Shown here piece by piece: positions 20,901 to 33,995 of a stretch of 64,000 nt of DNA. Below the pieces are notes generated by a model, which saw only the letters and a program-made list of their open reading frames with translations, searched no databases and was not told where the DNA came from. Within the stretch, counting starts at the first letter, position 1. Each line of letters opens with the position of its first letter. The stretch is from Salpingoeca rosetta (Eukaryota; Protista; Choanoflagellata): positions 2,452,830 to 2,516,829 of the forward strand of contig JAWQFM010000004.1 in assembly GCA_033442325.1 (NCBI GenBank), in the 5' to 3' direction. A program made the position numbers and the translations under genes.

Positions 20901-23900
20901 NNNNNNNNNNNNNNNNNNNNNNNNNNNNNNNNNNNNNNNNNNNNNNNNNNNNNNNNNNNNNNNNNNNNNNNNNNNNNNNNNNNNNNNNNNNNNNNNNNNN
21001 NNNNNNNNNNNNNNNNNNNNNNNNNNNNNNNNNNNNNNNNNNNNNNNNNNNNNNNNNNNNNNNNNNNNNNNNNNNNNNNNNNNNNNNNNNNNNNNNNNNN
21101 NNNNNNNNNNCAGCAGCAGCAGTGGCAAGAATTGAAACAAGACAGGAGGGGTGGTGATAGAACGCAGGTGAAATAGACAAGCAAGGCTTGTGGTGACAAG
21201 GTGGCGACAGAAAGGGACGAAGGGAAGCACGAATGCACACAGTGGGTTGTGTTGTTTTGTGTCGTGTGAAGTGAAGTGAAGGATGTGTGATGTTGTGTGG
21301 AGAGGTGCTGTGTGGTGGTGAGTGGATGGAAGAGAAAGAGAGCCAAGGGTGAATGAAGCATGTGGCAACAAGTGCAGAGCAACAATGCAACACGTGGAAT
21401 GTGGAAAGGCAAAGGGAAGAGAGAAGGAAACAAGTGAATAAAGGGTGAGACAAAGGGACAAAGCGGCACATGCATGGATGTGTTGTTGTGTTGTGTGTTG
21501 TGATTGTGGAGGTGGAGCAAAGGAAGCAGAAGCACAAAACATTGCAAGTAGTAACACGCATGCGCGAAGAGAGAAGGTAAAGTGGGAAGAGGAGAAGGCG
21601 GTTGCAGTGAGCTTCTTGCGCACCTGAACATATTCCTGCTGGAGGCGAGGGAGGAAGCGCAGGTGATGTTGGAGAGTGAATCCAAGGATCGAGGCGATTC
21701 TGCCGAGTGAAGTGAAGTGGTGTGGAGTGAAGTGGGGTGACAGAGCGGTGTGTGAATGATGGTGTGGATTGATAAAGGGTCGACTGCAGATGTGTGCAGG
21801 CATGGTGGGTGACGCAGTGACGCAGTGGCGAGTGAGTGGAGGAGTGTTGTGCAGTGAACAAGGTGGAAGCAAGGGAAGTTGTGGGTGCTTGCGAGCAACA
21901 CGCACAGAGCAAGCAAGCGTACGCATGAAGTGTCTGCAGCGAGCAATGGGATGTAGTGGAGTGAATCCAATGGAAGTAGGAGATGTTGTGAGTGCTTGCA
22001 AGTAACACAGCAGTGAGTAGACGGATTGTAGTGGAGTGGATTCAATGCAAGCAGGAGAAGTTGTGAGTGTTTGCAAGTGAGAAGACGGATGCAGTGGAGT
22101 GAATCCAATGCAAGTAAAAGATGTTGTGAGTGCTTGCGAGTGAGTAGACGGATTGTAGTAGAGTGAATCCAATGCAAGCAAGGGATATTGTGAGTGCTTG
22201 CGAGTAACCCAACAGTGAGTAGAGGGATGTTGTGCAGTGAATCCAATTCATGTAGGAGAACTAACCAATACTTGCGAGCAACGCAGCAGTACTGCACAAT
22301 CGCATGCAAGTGTGTCTGCTAGTGAGTAGACGGATTGTAGTGGAGTGAATCAAACGAAAGTAGGAGAAGCTACGAATGCTTGCAAGCAAGGCAGCAGCAC
22401 TGCACAATCGCGTGCAAGTGTGTTTGCAGTGAGCAGAGGATTGTTGTGCAGTGAATCCAAGCTATGTAGGAGAAGCTACCAATGCTTGCGAGCAAGACTG
22501 CAGCATTGTGCAATTGCATGCGAGTGTGTCTGCAGTGAGCAGAGGATTGCTACTCATCCAATCCACTTTAATCAGAAACACGTTCCCGTGCCTGCAGGCA
22601 ACATCTACACACAAACGCATGTACACACACATGCACACGTGTCCCTTGCGCTGCTTTTCGTCGTTCTCTGCCTGCTTGGTTGTCTCTTGTGCAATCACAT
22701 GGAAACGAATCCTTCCTCGCTGCTCTACTCCTCAGTTCCTTTGCTTTGCTCCTTCTTGCTTCAGCGATGCGTGCCTGCAGGCAAGTAGAAGTGCGCACAG
22801 CGTGGTGTACTCGCGCGCACGTGTGCCTGCAAGCCAGCCACGTAGTCCTGCGCCTGTTGCTGCAGCTCATGGCATGGTGCAGTGACGTTCGCTCGTCTGC
22901 TCACTTGATCACCGGAGTAGGGAGACTGGCGCAGTGAAGTCAAAAAGGGGTGCAGAAAAAGTGCGATGGTGTGACAAAAAAATGCTCAAAGCTGTCATGA
23001 GTAGTGTCTGAACACTGCGTCGCGACGCACCAGTGCAGCTGCAGCATGCAGCGTACGCAAGCGCAGCAAATTGCATGCAAGCATTGGTTGGTCACGGGCC
23101 AGGGGAATTTGGGGTATGAGCAATGTGAAGAATCTTGATGCAGTGAAGCTGTGCGCACTTGCTAGATCCAGTCACAAATCTAGATCTAGCAGAGTCACTA
23201 AATCTAGATTGCGGTGCCTGCAGGCAAAGTGCACGAGGGCAAAGCAGCGATTCAAACAGCTGCCGCTCGATGGATTGGCATACTTGAGGGGAAGGATGCA
23301 AATGAGCAAGACAAAAAAAGGAAAAGAGAAGGCAAAGGCAAAGAGCCGCTGAGTAGAGGCGCAAGCAAGAGAGCAAGGCGAATGTCGCTGAGCAGGATTG
23401 CTTGCGGGCACGAAAAACCGCGTCTGCGCCCTTGCAGCTACAACTTTTCTTTCTCCTTGGGTCTTTGTTCTGCTGTGTTCTGAGCGACCTCTCTCTTCAT
23501 TTGTGTGTGTGTGTAGTGTGAAGTGTGTGAGTGCAGGCAGAGCGACACACTTATGTGTGTTGTGAGCAATGCTTGCACGAGCACACATGCATGCGCAGCA
23601 CATGCAATGAGAACAGCACGGGCGTGTGTGTGTGTGTGTGGATGCTTGTGTGTGGTGTGTGATGCGTGAGCGATGTGTGTGGGTGTGATGAGGCACATGT
23701 GGGGAGGCGAGCAAGCGATTGCTCGTGTCTCTGTGTGTGTTCTTGTGATCACTCGCATGAGCAAACGCATCATCTACTACACAGAAGCAAAAGCAATACA
23801 CGACATATGCGCTTGTGGCGAGCAACGACTGTGTTTGCGGAAAGAGGGCGAGCTGATTGATCAGTTTCCTCTGAGTGTGACAGTGTGAAGCGCTGGTCAT

Positions 23901-25375
23901 TTCTCTCACACGAACACGCATTTGTTGGCTCTTGATTGTTCTTCTCTCCTCACGGTGATGTGACGCAGCGAGACGCAGGAAGCAAGCCTGCACGCATGGT
24001 GCATTGAGACCTGGGCACAGCGATGTGCCTGGCGCGTAGATGACGTGTGTGCGCATGAAAGGGCTTGCATTTTCCTTGTGTGTGTAGCTGTGTGTTGGGA
24101 GAAGGGTGATGAGCCAATATGTGTTTGTGTGTGGGGGAATGGCTGGCAGTTGCTTTGCTGCACACGTGGATGTGGCACAGTGAAAACAGAAACGTTGTCA
24201 GCTGTGTGTTGTGGGTGTGGCTGTGGTTGCCTTTTGAGGCAAGACGCAGCCCGCTGTGACATGCGAGTCGATGAAGTATTGCGAGCGAGAGCAAGCAAAG
24301 CTTTGCATGGATTGCTGGTGTTGAGCCAAAAGTCTATGATGTTGAAGCAAGTTGCAAGCCGCTGGCGGAGTGACGGCAAGGCACATGTATGTGTGTTTAT
24401 CTGCTGTGATCTCTGATAGAGGGTGGGCGCTGTCTGCCGTAAAACTGGCAGGTGGTGAATGTCCTTGATGACACCAAGCTTGCGCATGCAGGAGGCAATC
24501 CCGCCGTGAGAGCGGTGTGGATTGTTCTTCTTGAGAGGGAGCCTTGAGCAACACTCTATCATGAGTGGAGGCAAACTGTGCTGTGAGCACGATGATGATG
24601 TTGGGCACGCGCACATGCGTGGATGAAGTACATTTGATGCGAAGCAGTGTTGTGTGTTGTAACGAAAGAGAGCCATGCGCACTGCATGCTGCTGATGGGC
24701 ACGTGCTGCCATTGTATTTGTGTGTGCTGTGTGTGTATTGTGTTGTGTGAGCAACGTTGCGTTGTTTGCACACACATGCACATGCATGCACAAACTACAA
24801 TGGTGGTGTGTGTTTTGTTGGCAGAGCAGGTTGTTGTCACTGGCACTCACTGAGAACAGCACACACATTGTGTATTTGCATTGAATGTCACTGCTTCATC
24901 CACACACCTTTGTGTGTGTGTGTGTGTCTGGGGTTGTTGTAGTGTGCATAGCCACAAGAACAAAACCAAAAAGAAAAACAGAACGACCCCAGTGGCACGT
25001 GCAGCGATGTGCGTGTTGCTTGTGGAAGCTTTGTTTGTTGGGGTGCAGGAGGAGCGAGTGAGTGGACAGTAAGGGGAAGGAGGGAAGACGCACAGCACTC
25101 ATTGCAGTGTTGTTTGTTTCTCTCTTTTTCCCTTTGCTTGTCTCTCTTTTCTCTTCTGAATCCTCGACAGCCATAGCTGGGCGGCGGCTGTGGTGTGTTG
25201 TGTGCATTGTGATGTGATTGCATTGTGATGTGTTGTGCGATGTGATGTGTTGTGCGATGTGTGTGGGCTTACAACCTACACGCATTCACACACATCTCTA
25301 CACGATTCACATACACATTAACACATTTACACACTCACACACACCACAACCTGCGACTCGCTTTCTATGGAGAGA
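11575..25375 (+). other. Probable rDNA intergenic spacer plus 5' external transcribed spacer
   Basis: About 13.8 kb of low-complexity sequence with no credible coding exons, lying between 5S and the 18S 5' end. It contains a subrepeat array and one N gap (20851-21110). Confidence 0.7.
21832..22560 (+). repeat. Degenerate tandem subrepeat array (~63-bp core plus 0, ~11 or ~44-bp extension), 8 units plus a partial unit
   Basis: Core GTGAGYAGASGGATTGTAGTGGAGTGAATCCAATG...TGCTTGCRAG starts at 21832, 21939, 22013, 22077, 22140, 22215, 22322, 22429 and 22535 (periods 107, 74, 64, 63, 75, 107, 107, 106). Confidence 0.9.
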
Positions 25376-25750
25376 TAACTGGTCGATCCTGCCAGTAGTC
25401 ATATGCTTGTCTCAAAGATTAAGCCATGCATGTCTAAGTATGAATAGTATTCTTGATACTGTGAAACTGCGAATGGCTCATTAAATCAGTTATAGTTTAT
25501 TTGATAGTTTGCAACTCGTTTTTCGGAGCGGTGTTGTGCTAGACGGATAGCCGTGGTAATTCTAGAACTAATACGTGCGACAAGGCCCGAGAGAGGGGTG
25601 TGTGTGTATGCGCATTTTTTCTTTTCGAGGGCTGCATTTGTTAGGTATAAAGCCAGCAGGAACATGACTGGTGAATCAGAATAACTTTGCAGACCGTTAC
25701 ACTTTTGTGTGTGATGGTGTCTCATTCGAATTTCTGCCCTATCAACTTTC
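25376..25750 (+). rRNA. 18S: 18S rRNA, 5' ~375 nt (cut by N gap)
   Basis: Canonical 5' end CTGGTCGATCCTGCCAGTAGTCATATGCTTGTCTCAAAGATTAAGCCATGCATGTCTAAGT, then GTGAAACTGCGAATGGCTCATTAAATCAGTTATAGTTTATTTGAT and TTTCTGCCCTATCAACTTTC. Confidence 0.98.
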
Positions 25751-25861
25751 NNNNNNNNNNNNNNNNNNNNNNNNNNNNNNNNNNNNNNNNNNNNNNNNNN
25801 NNNNNNNNNNNNNNNNNNNNNNNNNNNNNNNNNNNNNNNNNNNNNNNNNNTACAGGTCTAC

Positions 25862-25929
<68 letters not shown>

Positions 25930-25936
25930 CACATTG

Positions 25937-26195
25937 TCAAAGCACGCAGCGCGGGTCCACGATGAGACGCGCATCGTGATTGTTTGGCACCGCGTAGATT
26001 CTGCCATTCCTTGCCAAAACACCCCCAATCCACTTCTTCCACTTGTTTCACCATGAGGTCCAGACACAGAGGACACATCCTCACATCGGTTGTGTTGGAT
26101 GCTGGGTCAATGATCAACATCGCATTTGCAGAGTAAGGGATGCCAAAGATGCGGCCGTCAGCAGCGACAACGCCACGCGACCACGAACCAACCTT
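25937..26195 (-). pseudogene. Decayed 3' remnant (last two repeats) of a propeller-repeat paralogue
   Basis: The minus strand reads GSWSRGVVAADGRIFGIPYSANAMLIIDPASNTTDV and, in another frame preceded by a stop, KWIGGVLARNGRIYAVPNNHDARLIVDPRCVL*. This is the same repeat as the neighbouring gene. Confidence 0.75.
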
Positions 26196-26618
26196 GTTTC
26201 TCTTTCACTTGGTTGTGGCTTTCCTCTCACCCTTGCACTGAAACTGATAGACTGATAGATGCGAGTGATTGCATTCGCGATGGTTACTATGTATTGGTTG
26301 GCAAGTTAACAAATCAAGATGGATTGTCTGTGCAAAGGAGAGCCGGAGGAGGGATCATTAAGCACACGCACATCCAAGGCAAAAGACACAACTCGGTGAC
26401 GAGGGGAAGAAGGTCGGACGCTTCAACGAGATGAACTCGGGCTGTGTGAGCGTGGAACAAGTGAAGATCGACAGAATAAGGAAGCAGAGCGAGCGGTAAA
26501 AGAGGGAGGAACAGCTGGGAGAAAGAAAGAACAGCCGTGGACATGGTCCCCTGAGTCCAAACAACAAAGCCTGTCGTGCCTGCTCGCAAACACCAAGCGA
26601 CGACGAAGTCCTTCCTAT

Positions 26619-27958
26619 TCAGCACCCAGGGTCAATGACGAGGACGGACTCAGCCGAAAACGGAATGCCATAGACGAGGCCGTTGCTTGCCAGCACGCCG
26701 CCCCACCAGTTGTAGGATCCAACAAGATCGCCGATGGTCGCTGTGTCTGTTGTGTTCGTTGTGGGATCGATGATGAGAGCCGATGGGGCGCCGAGGGGGA
26801 TGCCGACAATGTCGCCGTTGGGTGCGAGCACGCCGCCAGCCCACTTCGAAGAGCAGAATCGGGCACGGCGAGGGTTTCTGCAGTGTTGGTGGTCGGGTTG
26901 ATGACGAGTGTGGTCGTGGAACTGTATGGGATGGTGTAGATGAGCCCATTTTGCGCAAGCACGCCCCCATGCCACTTGTAGGCACCTGTGCCAAGGCCTT
27001 GAATTGTGGTGACATCCATCGTCAGCGACTCTGGATTGATGATGAGGATCGAAGACGCGGCGACTGGGACGCAGTAGATGAGACCGTTGGGTGCCTGAAC
27101 ACCGCTATACCACTTGAATGCATCCGAAGACAGCCCGCCCAATGTTGTGATGTCGGCGGTGTTGGTCTCAGGATCAATGATAAGCACAGACGTGGCAAAA
27201 TAAGGGACGCCGAAGATGAGTCCGTTGTCAGCCACCACACCGCTGTACCACTTGCGCGCACTGGTGCCAAGCGAGTGGATGCTTGTGGTGTCAGCCGTAT
27301 TGGTGTCGGGGTTGATAATGAGCATGCTTGCGCTGTTCGACGGGAACATGTAGATGGGACCTGCATGCGCCAAAACGGCACCCGCCCACTTGTATGTGGC
27401 TGTGCCAAAGCCGGAGATGGAGGACGTGTCGACCGTGTTGGTCCTGGGGTCGATGATGAGGACGGAAGGTGAGTTGTGCGGGGCCGCATAGATCAGGCCG
27501 TTGTTGGCCAAAACGCCGCCACGCCACTTGTATGAAGAGGAGCCGAGTTGCCCAAACGTGCTGGCAGTCGCCTCACACACCCTGCCTCGAAGAGCATCGA
27601 TCATGCTCTGCTGGGATTGAAGCGTGCTGTTCTGTGCGGCAATCATGCTCTGCTGTGCTTGCACCGTTGACTGGTACGCCTGCAAGATGCTCTGCTGTGC
27701 CACCACGGTTCCACGCAGCGTTTGCATCTCCAAAACAACGTCCTCGCCATTTAGGAACACGGGCTGGGTTGCTGGGTCACTCGAGTTGACGTGCACAGCG
27801 CCGCTGTCATCTTGCGCCAGCTTGGCCCTGTTTGGTGTTGGTGGTGTGGCGATAGCCTCAACACTGCACGCGCACACAACCAGGAAGAACACAGCCAACA
27901 AAACGGCAGCATCATGGAGGGGGAGCTGTGGGAGCTGTGGGAGGACAGCCGCCGCCAT
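26619..27958 (-). CDS. Secreted protein: signal peptide, coiled coil and seven ~44-aa KW-x-GGVLA-x-NG-x-IY-xx-P...IIDP repeats (predicted 7-bladed beta-propeller); intronless; apparent 1-nt frameshift near 26853
   Basis: Hydrophobic leader AAVLLAVFFLVVCACSVEA and a Gln-rich heptad segment. Five repeats lie in ORF 26615-28135 and the last two in the shifted ORF 26619-26975. Confidence 0.8.
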
Positions 27959-28563
27959 TCTGCTGATGTGGGTTGTTGTTTGTGAAGTCGGGAAGAGTTG
28001 CGAAAGAATTGCACGACTTTTCAAGCCAAAGACAACAGTGCGCAACGACAACCTCACGCATGTTCCGTCCGATGATCCTGAACCAAGACTTTGTGTGGTT
28101 CTGGCGTGGTGGTGGGATGAGACATCGCTTCTCACTCATTGTTTAATCACACCAGGCAAGCAAGGTAAAACAGAACACGCCACATGTAACAAACACCACA
28201 CATTCTATGGGTAGACGACAAGCAACTAAACACGGGAACAAGAGGAAGAAACGCGCGTCAACGAAATGTGATGGAGATGAAGTGGATTCTCAAAGACGGA
28301 AGAAGAAATACGAAGCAAAGTGAAGGGAGGGGAGGGGATGGGATGGAAAAAAGATTGCGGTGGCACCGAAAATAAACAGCGTATGCGGGGACAGTGGAGA
28401 TGGGAATGGTGTCCACACAAACAAACAAGCAGAACAGACGAGGACTGATGGAAATGAACAAACTACAGTGGCGGACAGGATGCAAAGCACGCACAGCAAT
28501 GACCTACAAATTACAGCATTGACACACGCACACCCACACGCACACCCACACCCACACAGACAC

Positions 28564-28645
<82 letters not shown>

Positions 28646-28964
28646 CGACACCACCACCACACACGANNNNNNNNNNNNNNNNNNNNNNNNNNNNNNNNNN
28701 NNNNNNNNNNNNNNNNNNNNNNNNNNNNNNNNNNNNNNNNNNNNNNNNNNNNNNNNNNNNNNNNNNCACCCACACATCAGAAACAAAACCCTGGCCAGGG
28801 GGCGCGTATCCTGCCGAAGAAGAGCCACCCCGCCCCGCAACCTCAACCCACCAACAAAAGCTCCCCCCCCCCCCCTTCCTTCATGCTTGTGGAGCTACTT
28901 TAATTTATATTCAGGTGCTGAGTATACGTGTGTGTGACAAGTGAGCGTGTGTGTGTATGCGTGC

Positions 28965-29023
<59 letters not shown>

Positions 29024-29142
29024 CGTGCGTGCGTGTGTGTTGTGTGTGTTGTGTGTATTGTGTGTGTGTTGTGTGTGTGGCGCGCCCGCATGTGTATGTA
29101 ATTCATGGCTGCGCATACCTTCTAATCTCACCTCCACTATCA

Positions 29143-29222
<80 letters not shown>

Positions 29223-29255
29223 ACACGCCTCCCTCCCCCTCCATCTGCGCTACAG

Positions 29256-30548
29256 GGGAAGAAGCCGTCGGACAAGAGAATCCCGCCACTGTACGGGTCA
29301 TATCCGCCACGACACAAGACCACCGCCCCTGCGTCCCCTGGCCGTCGTGCTGCTGCCGCTGCTGCCGCGGACATGTCCATCCTCGCAGCACCAACGCACG
29401 CGGGTCGGGCGACAGCCACCACCCAAGACGGCAGCGCCGCGGCCAACCACAACGGCAGCACAAACGGGAGCGACAGCGGCTACCCTGCTGTAACCGCCAC
29501 CACGCACGTTTCTGTGTATTCGCCCATGCCCTCATCGTCACCCGCGCCATCGTCGTCGACATCAGCGGCAACGACAACAACACCATCCCCAATTGCACTT
29601 GTGACGCCCGTGCCATTGCAGACAGCGCCCGCAACCGTCGCACCAGCCATCACCTCCACCGCCACCGCCATTCCATCAACGACGACAACAGCAACATCGT
29701 CACTCGGTGTTGGCCCCGCTGTACGGAGTAAGACGACGCCTGCAACGACACGCGGACGCACACGCACGTCACGCACTGCCAACAAGACAGAGCAGCGGAC
29801 AACACCAACCACAACACCAACCACAACAGCAACAACAACAGCAACAACAGCAAAGTCTGCCAGGGCAGCAGCAGCAGCAAAGAATGGCGCTGGTGGTGCT
29901 GGTGCTGGTGACATGGCAAAGGAAGGAGAGGCAGAGAGCAAAGAGGGCAGGGACGGTGATGAGGAAGTTGTGGACAACTCGGACAATGCCTGCTCAACAT
30001 GCGGTCTTGGTGGCGATCTCATCTGCTGTGAGGCCTGCCCTCGCGTCTTCCACGCTTACTGCGCGTGAGTTTGTCTGCACTTGTGTGTGTGTTTGAACTT
30101 GTGTGTGTGTGAGTTTGTCTGCACTTGTGTGTGTGTGTGTGTGAGTGCTTATACTTGTGTGCGTGTGTGTGCTTGTACTTGTGTGTGTGTTTGTGTGAGT
30201 GCGTGCGTTTCAGTCGGCTGCATGCACAAGCATGTGTGGCTCTGTCCACCACCGTGTGAATGACGACTACCTGGCCTCGCCGCCTCCCTCGCGCCTCATC
30301 AACTGCGTCCACACCATTGTATCCCACAGGAATCCGCCCGTTGATCTGGAGAACACGACGGATGACAAGTGGTTCTGCCGCGTCTGTCGCCCGCCATCGG
30401 TGCGTACGCACACGCGCCGCTGCCAGTCATTATCGCGGTCGTCGTGATCGTGGTCATGGTTATGGTTATGGCGGTGGTAGTCGTGACGTTTAGGATGCTC
30501 TGAAAAGTGTCGCTTAGCGCGTTGACGATTGCTTGCACACCCATCCGG

Positions 30549-30606
<58 letters not shown>

Positions 30607-30975
30607 AAACACACCCTCTCTCACACTTAAATACACTCTTGTCCCCACCCCTCTCCCCTCTCGAGCAGGACACGCCGCTTGGCCGTCGGGAGGGTGCCGC
30701 GACGAGCGGCGCGTATCTCGCCATTGTCAACGGCCTACACCGTGCCCCGCCCATCCACTTCTACATCCCAGACACCATCCTCCAGTCTTTCCCCGCCGAG
30801 CGTGCGTTTCGTTGTGGTTGTGGTTGTGGTTGTGGTTGTGGTTGTGGTTGTGGTTGTGATTGTGGTTGTGGTTGTTATTGTTGTGAGTGATGTGGCATGG
30901 TGTACGGAGTCGGAGATGTTCGTGTTGGACGCGGTGCTTTTGATCTGCACGAATCGCACGCTCTCACGTCACTTT

Positions 30976-31066
<91 letters not shown>

Positions 31067-32753
31067 GCACGCACACACATGTGCAGTTCGAGCGAAAGTT
31101 GCGATGAATTCGTCGACGCGGCGCACGCGCAGGAATAATGTTCCACCACCCTCGGATTTTGTCTGCTTCCGATGCGTCCAGTACGTGATCACAACATGGG
31201 ATGCTGATGCTGTTGTTGTTGCTGCTGTTCTTGTTCCCATTGTTGTTGCTGCTGTTGCTGCTGTTACTCAATATACGTGCACCACACTGCCGTCAACTCA
31301 CTCGTTCCTCTTGGTGCAACATGCGCACCTTGATGTTACCTCCCCTCCCATCTCCCCCTCTGTTAGACAATGTCGCCCGGACAACAGCGCAAAGTGCTGC
31401 GAGTGCAACACGATGTTCCACTACAACTGCGTCTCACCACCGCTGACACATGTCGGCGCAACACAGCCCTGGCGCTGCCCGCTCCACCCGCCCGTGAGTG
31501 CATGTAGATGTGTCTGTGTGTGTCAGTGCATGCGTGCGAGTACGTGAACGTGCACACATACGCCTTGCACTGCTTCCTTCTTCTCTCTGGCGTCATCACA
31601 CACTCATTCATATACACATACGCCAACACACACACGCACACACGCTCGCGCGCTCACTCTCTGCCCGCCTCCCACCGCCCGCCCCTCTGTGCGTGCATGT
31701 CATCCTCCCTCTCCAATACAACAGGAGCGGCACAATCGACGGTTTCAGCAGGCGAAGATGGGGCTGCGCGACTTTGAGCCGTGGATGTACACGCACGACG
31801 TCCCGCTCCACTTTCTCAGCAAAGTCGAGAAGTACGCTGCACCCACACATGCTTTGGTGCCGTCCTGTTTTGTTGCTTGTTTTCAGTTGGTTGGGTGTGA
31901 CAGCGCACCAACATAGACACCACGCATGTCTCACACACCTGCTTTCTGGCTTCTGCTCGCCTACGTGTATGTGTATGTGTGTGTGTGTGTGTGTGTGTAG
32001 CGAGCGAGCACTTCAGCAGAAGGCGACGATTCAAGAACAGCAGGCGGTAAGTGAAACCGACCCGATTGTGCTGTTGTGGTTTGCTCTCGATGAGCGTGGC
32101 GTTGCTGCTCGTATGGTGCTCACAACCCACTTCCCACAAGCCACCACAACAGCAGTATTACACACACACACCCATTTTCACACAACCACATGAACGAACA
32201 CACACACACACATACATGAACACAATACTTACTTGTCCCACCTTATCCCTTCCCCATAACGGCGTGGTTGCAGTTTCTTGATTGCCTGTCGTCAATGCAC
32301 ACGTCCACCGCTGTCCCCGCAACCATCATCACACACCCGCCACAAGACGTAGGCAAACACTTGTCCACCATCCATGGGGTTGTGTCTGCGTGCGTGTGCG
32401 TGTGCCTGTGTCTGTGGGTCTTGTGTGTGTGTGTGTGTGTCTGTGTCTGCGCGCGCGTGTGTGTATGTGTGTTGTTTATGGCGCTATCTCATACCCTGCC
32501 ACTTGTGCACTCGATAACGCCCAATGCCTTCGCCCCAGGACGATGAGTCTTCATCGCCATCATCATCATCTGCTGTCTCTCTCATGCCGGTGTGTTGTGC
32601 TGCATGCTGAGCTGAAGTTGCTTCGTGTCATTTCAACTTCGCCTTTTGCAATGTGCCCGTTTCTGTTGGCACCTGCATTCACTCACACAACCTCATACAC
32701 ACAACCTCATACACACAACCTCATACACATAACCTCATACACACAACCACTCA

Positions 32754-32833
<80 letters not shown>

Positions 32834-33295
32834 ACACCATCTCGCCCCCTCTATCCAGATTGGCCGCGCGCTGACGGGCGATGTTGGCGCCATGTCGGAC
32901 GGCGAGCGTGCAGCGTGCATCGAGAGCCTTCGTCGCGTTGTGGTGAGGTCATGATGGCTGTGGCTCATGCAGATTGGTGTTCCCAAACGAAAACGTGCAC
33001 TTGTTGATCAGCATATTCGCAGTCAAACGCAAGCGTTCACGCGACGTGCATACTCACACCTACCCACACACATGCACACACACACACACACACACGCCTC
33101 CTTTATACTTTTACGCCTTTTCGCGTGCGTGACGGTGCAGTTTCGGCAGGCGTCGATGGGCCGTGGCGCCGGATTCCACATCCAGCCGCATCAGGAGGCG
33201 TATCTGATTGATGCTGAGTCATGCGTAGCGGACGCACGCGCCCTTGCGCAGCTCGTCAGCCTTCCTTCCAGCGAGGAAACAACCGGGCCATCCCT

Positions 33296-33328
<33 letters not shown>

Positions 33329-33332
33329 GTGC

Positions 33333-33397
<65 letters not shown>

Positions 33398-33907
33398 TGT
33401 CTGTGTGTGTGCGATTATTTTCGTGCTGTTATTGCCAAGTGTGTCCGGACACGATGTTTTACGTTGCCGCTCATACTGCTTGCATTTGATTTCCTGCTGC
33501 ACATCAACACAGCGACTGACATCAACAGGCGAACGAGTTGCTCTCCCCGAAAAGAACGAGATTAAGTACGTGTGTTGTGGTGTGTGTGTGTATGTTCAAC
33601 CTGCTGACCTGGGTGCTGAGCTGTGGCGGCTTCAACAACTGCCTTGGCATGATCTCACACTTGCACTCACGACCGTGCATGTATTTGTTTCCCTTGGCAC
33701 TGCGCACCGCCGCACCACCGCATGTGTTCTTGTGTACTGCTGCCACGCTTTCAGGGTCGGCTTTGATGACACGTGCGACATCAACTTGGCGAAATATGTG
33801 ATCATTGACACGCCCATTGCTCAGAACACGCACGCGCTCCTCACCTTCGACCCGGCTCTGAGGTAAACACACGCACGCTCACACATGATCAAACAACCAA
33901 CCAACCC

Positions 33908-33995
<88 letters not shown>

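Noticed and set aside
19606-22309. Long minus-strand ORFs (800, 705 and 515 aa)
   Set aside because: All three frames are open because of low complexity, the N gap and the tandem repeats; no protein motifs are present.
21832-22560. CRISPR-like repeat-spacer appearance
   Set aside because: The repeats are degenerate, the intervening pieces are homologous to each other rather than unique, there are no cas genes, and the context is eukaryotic rDNA.
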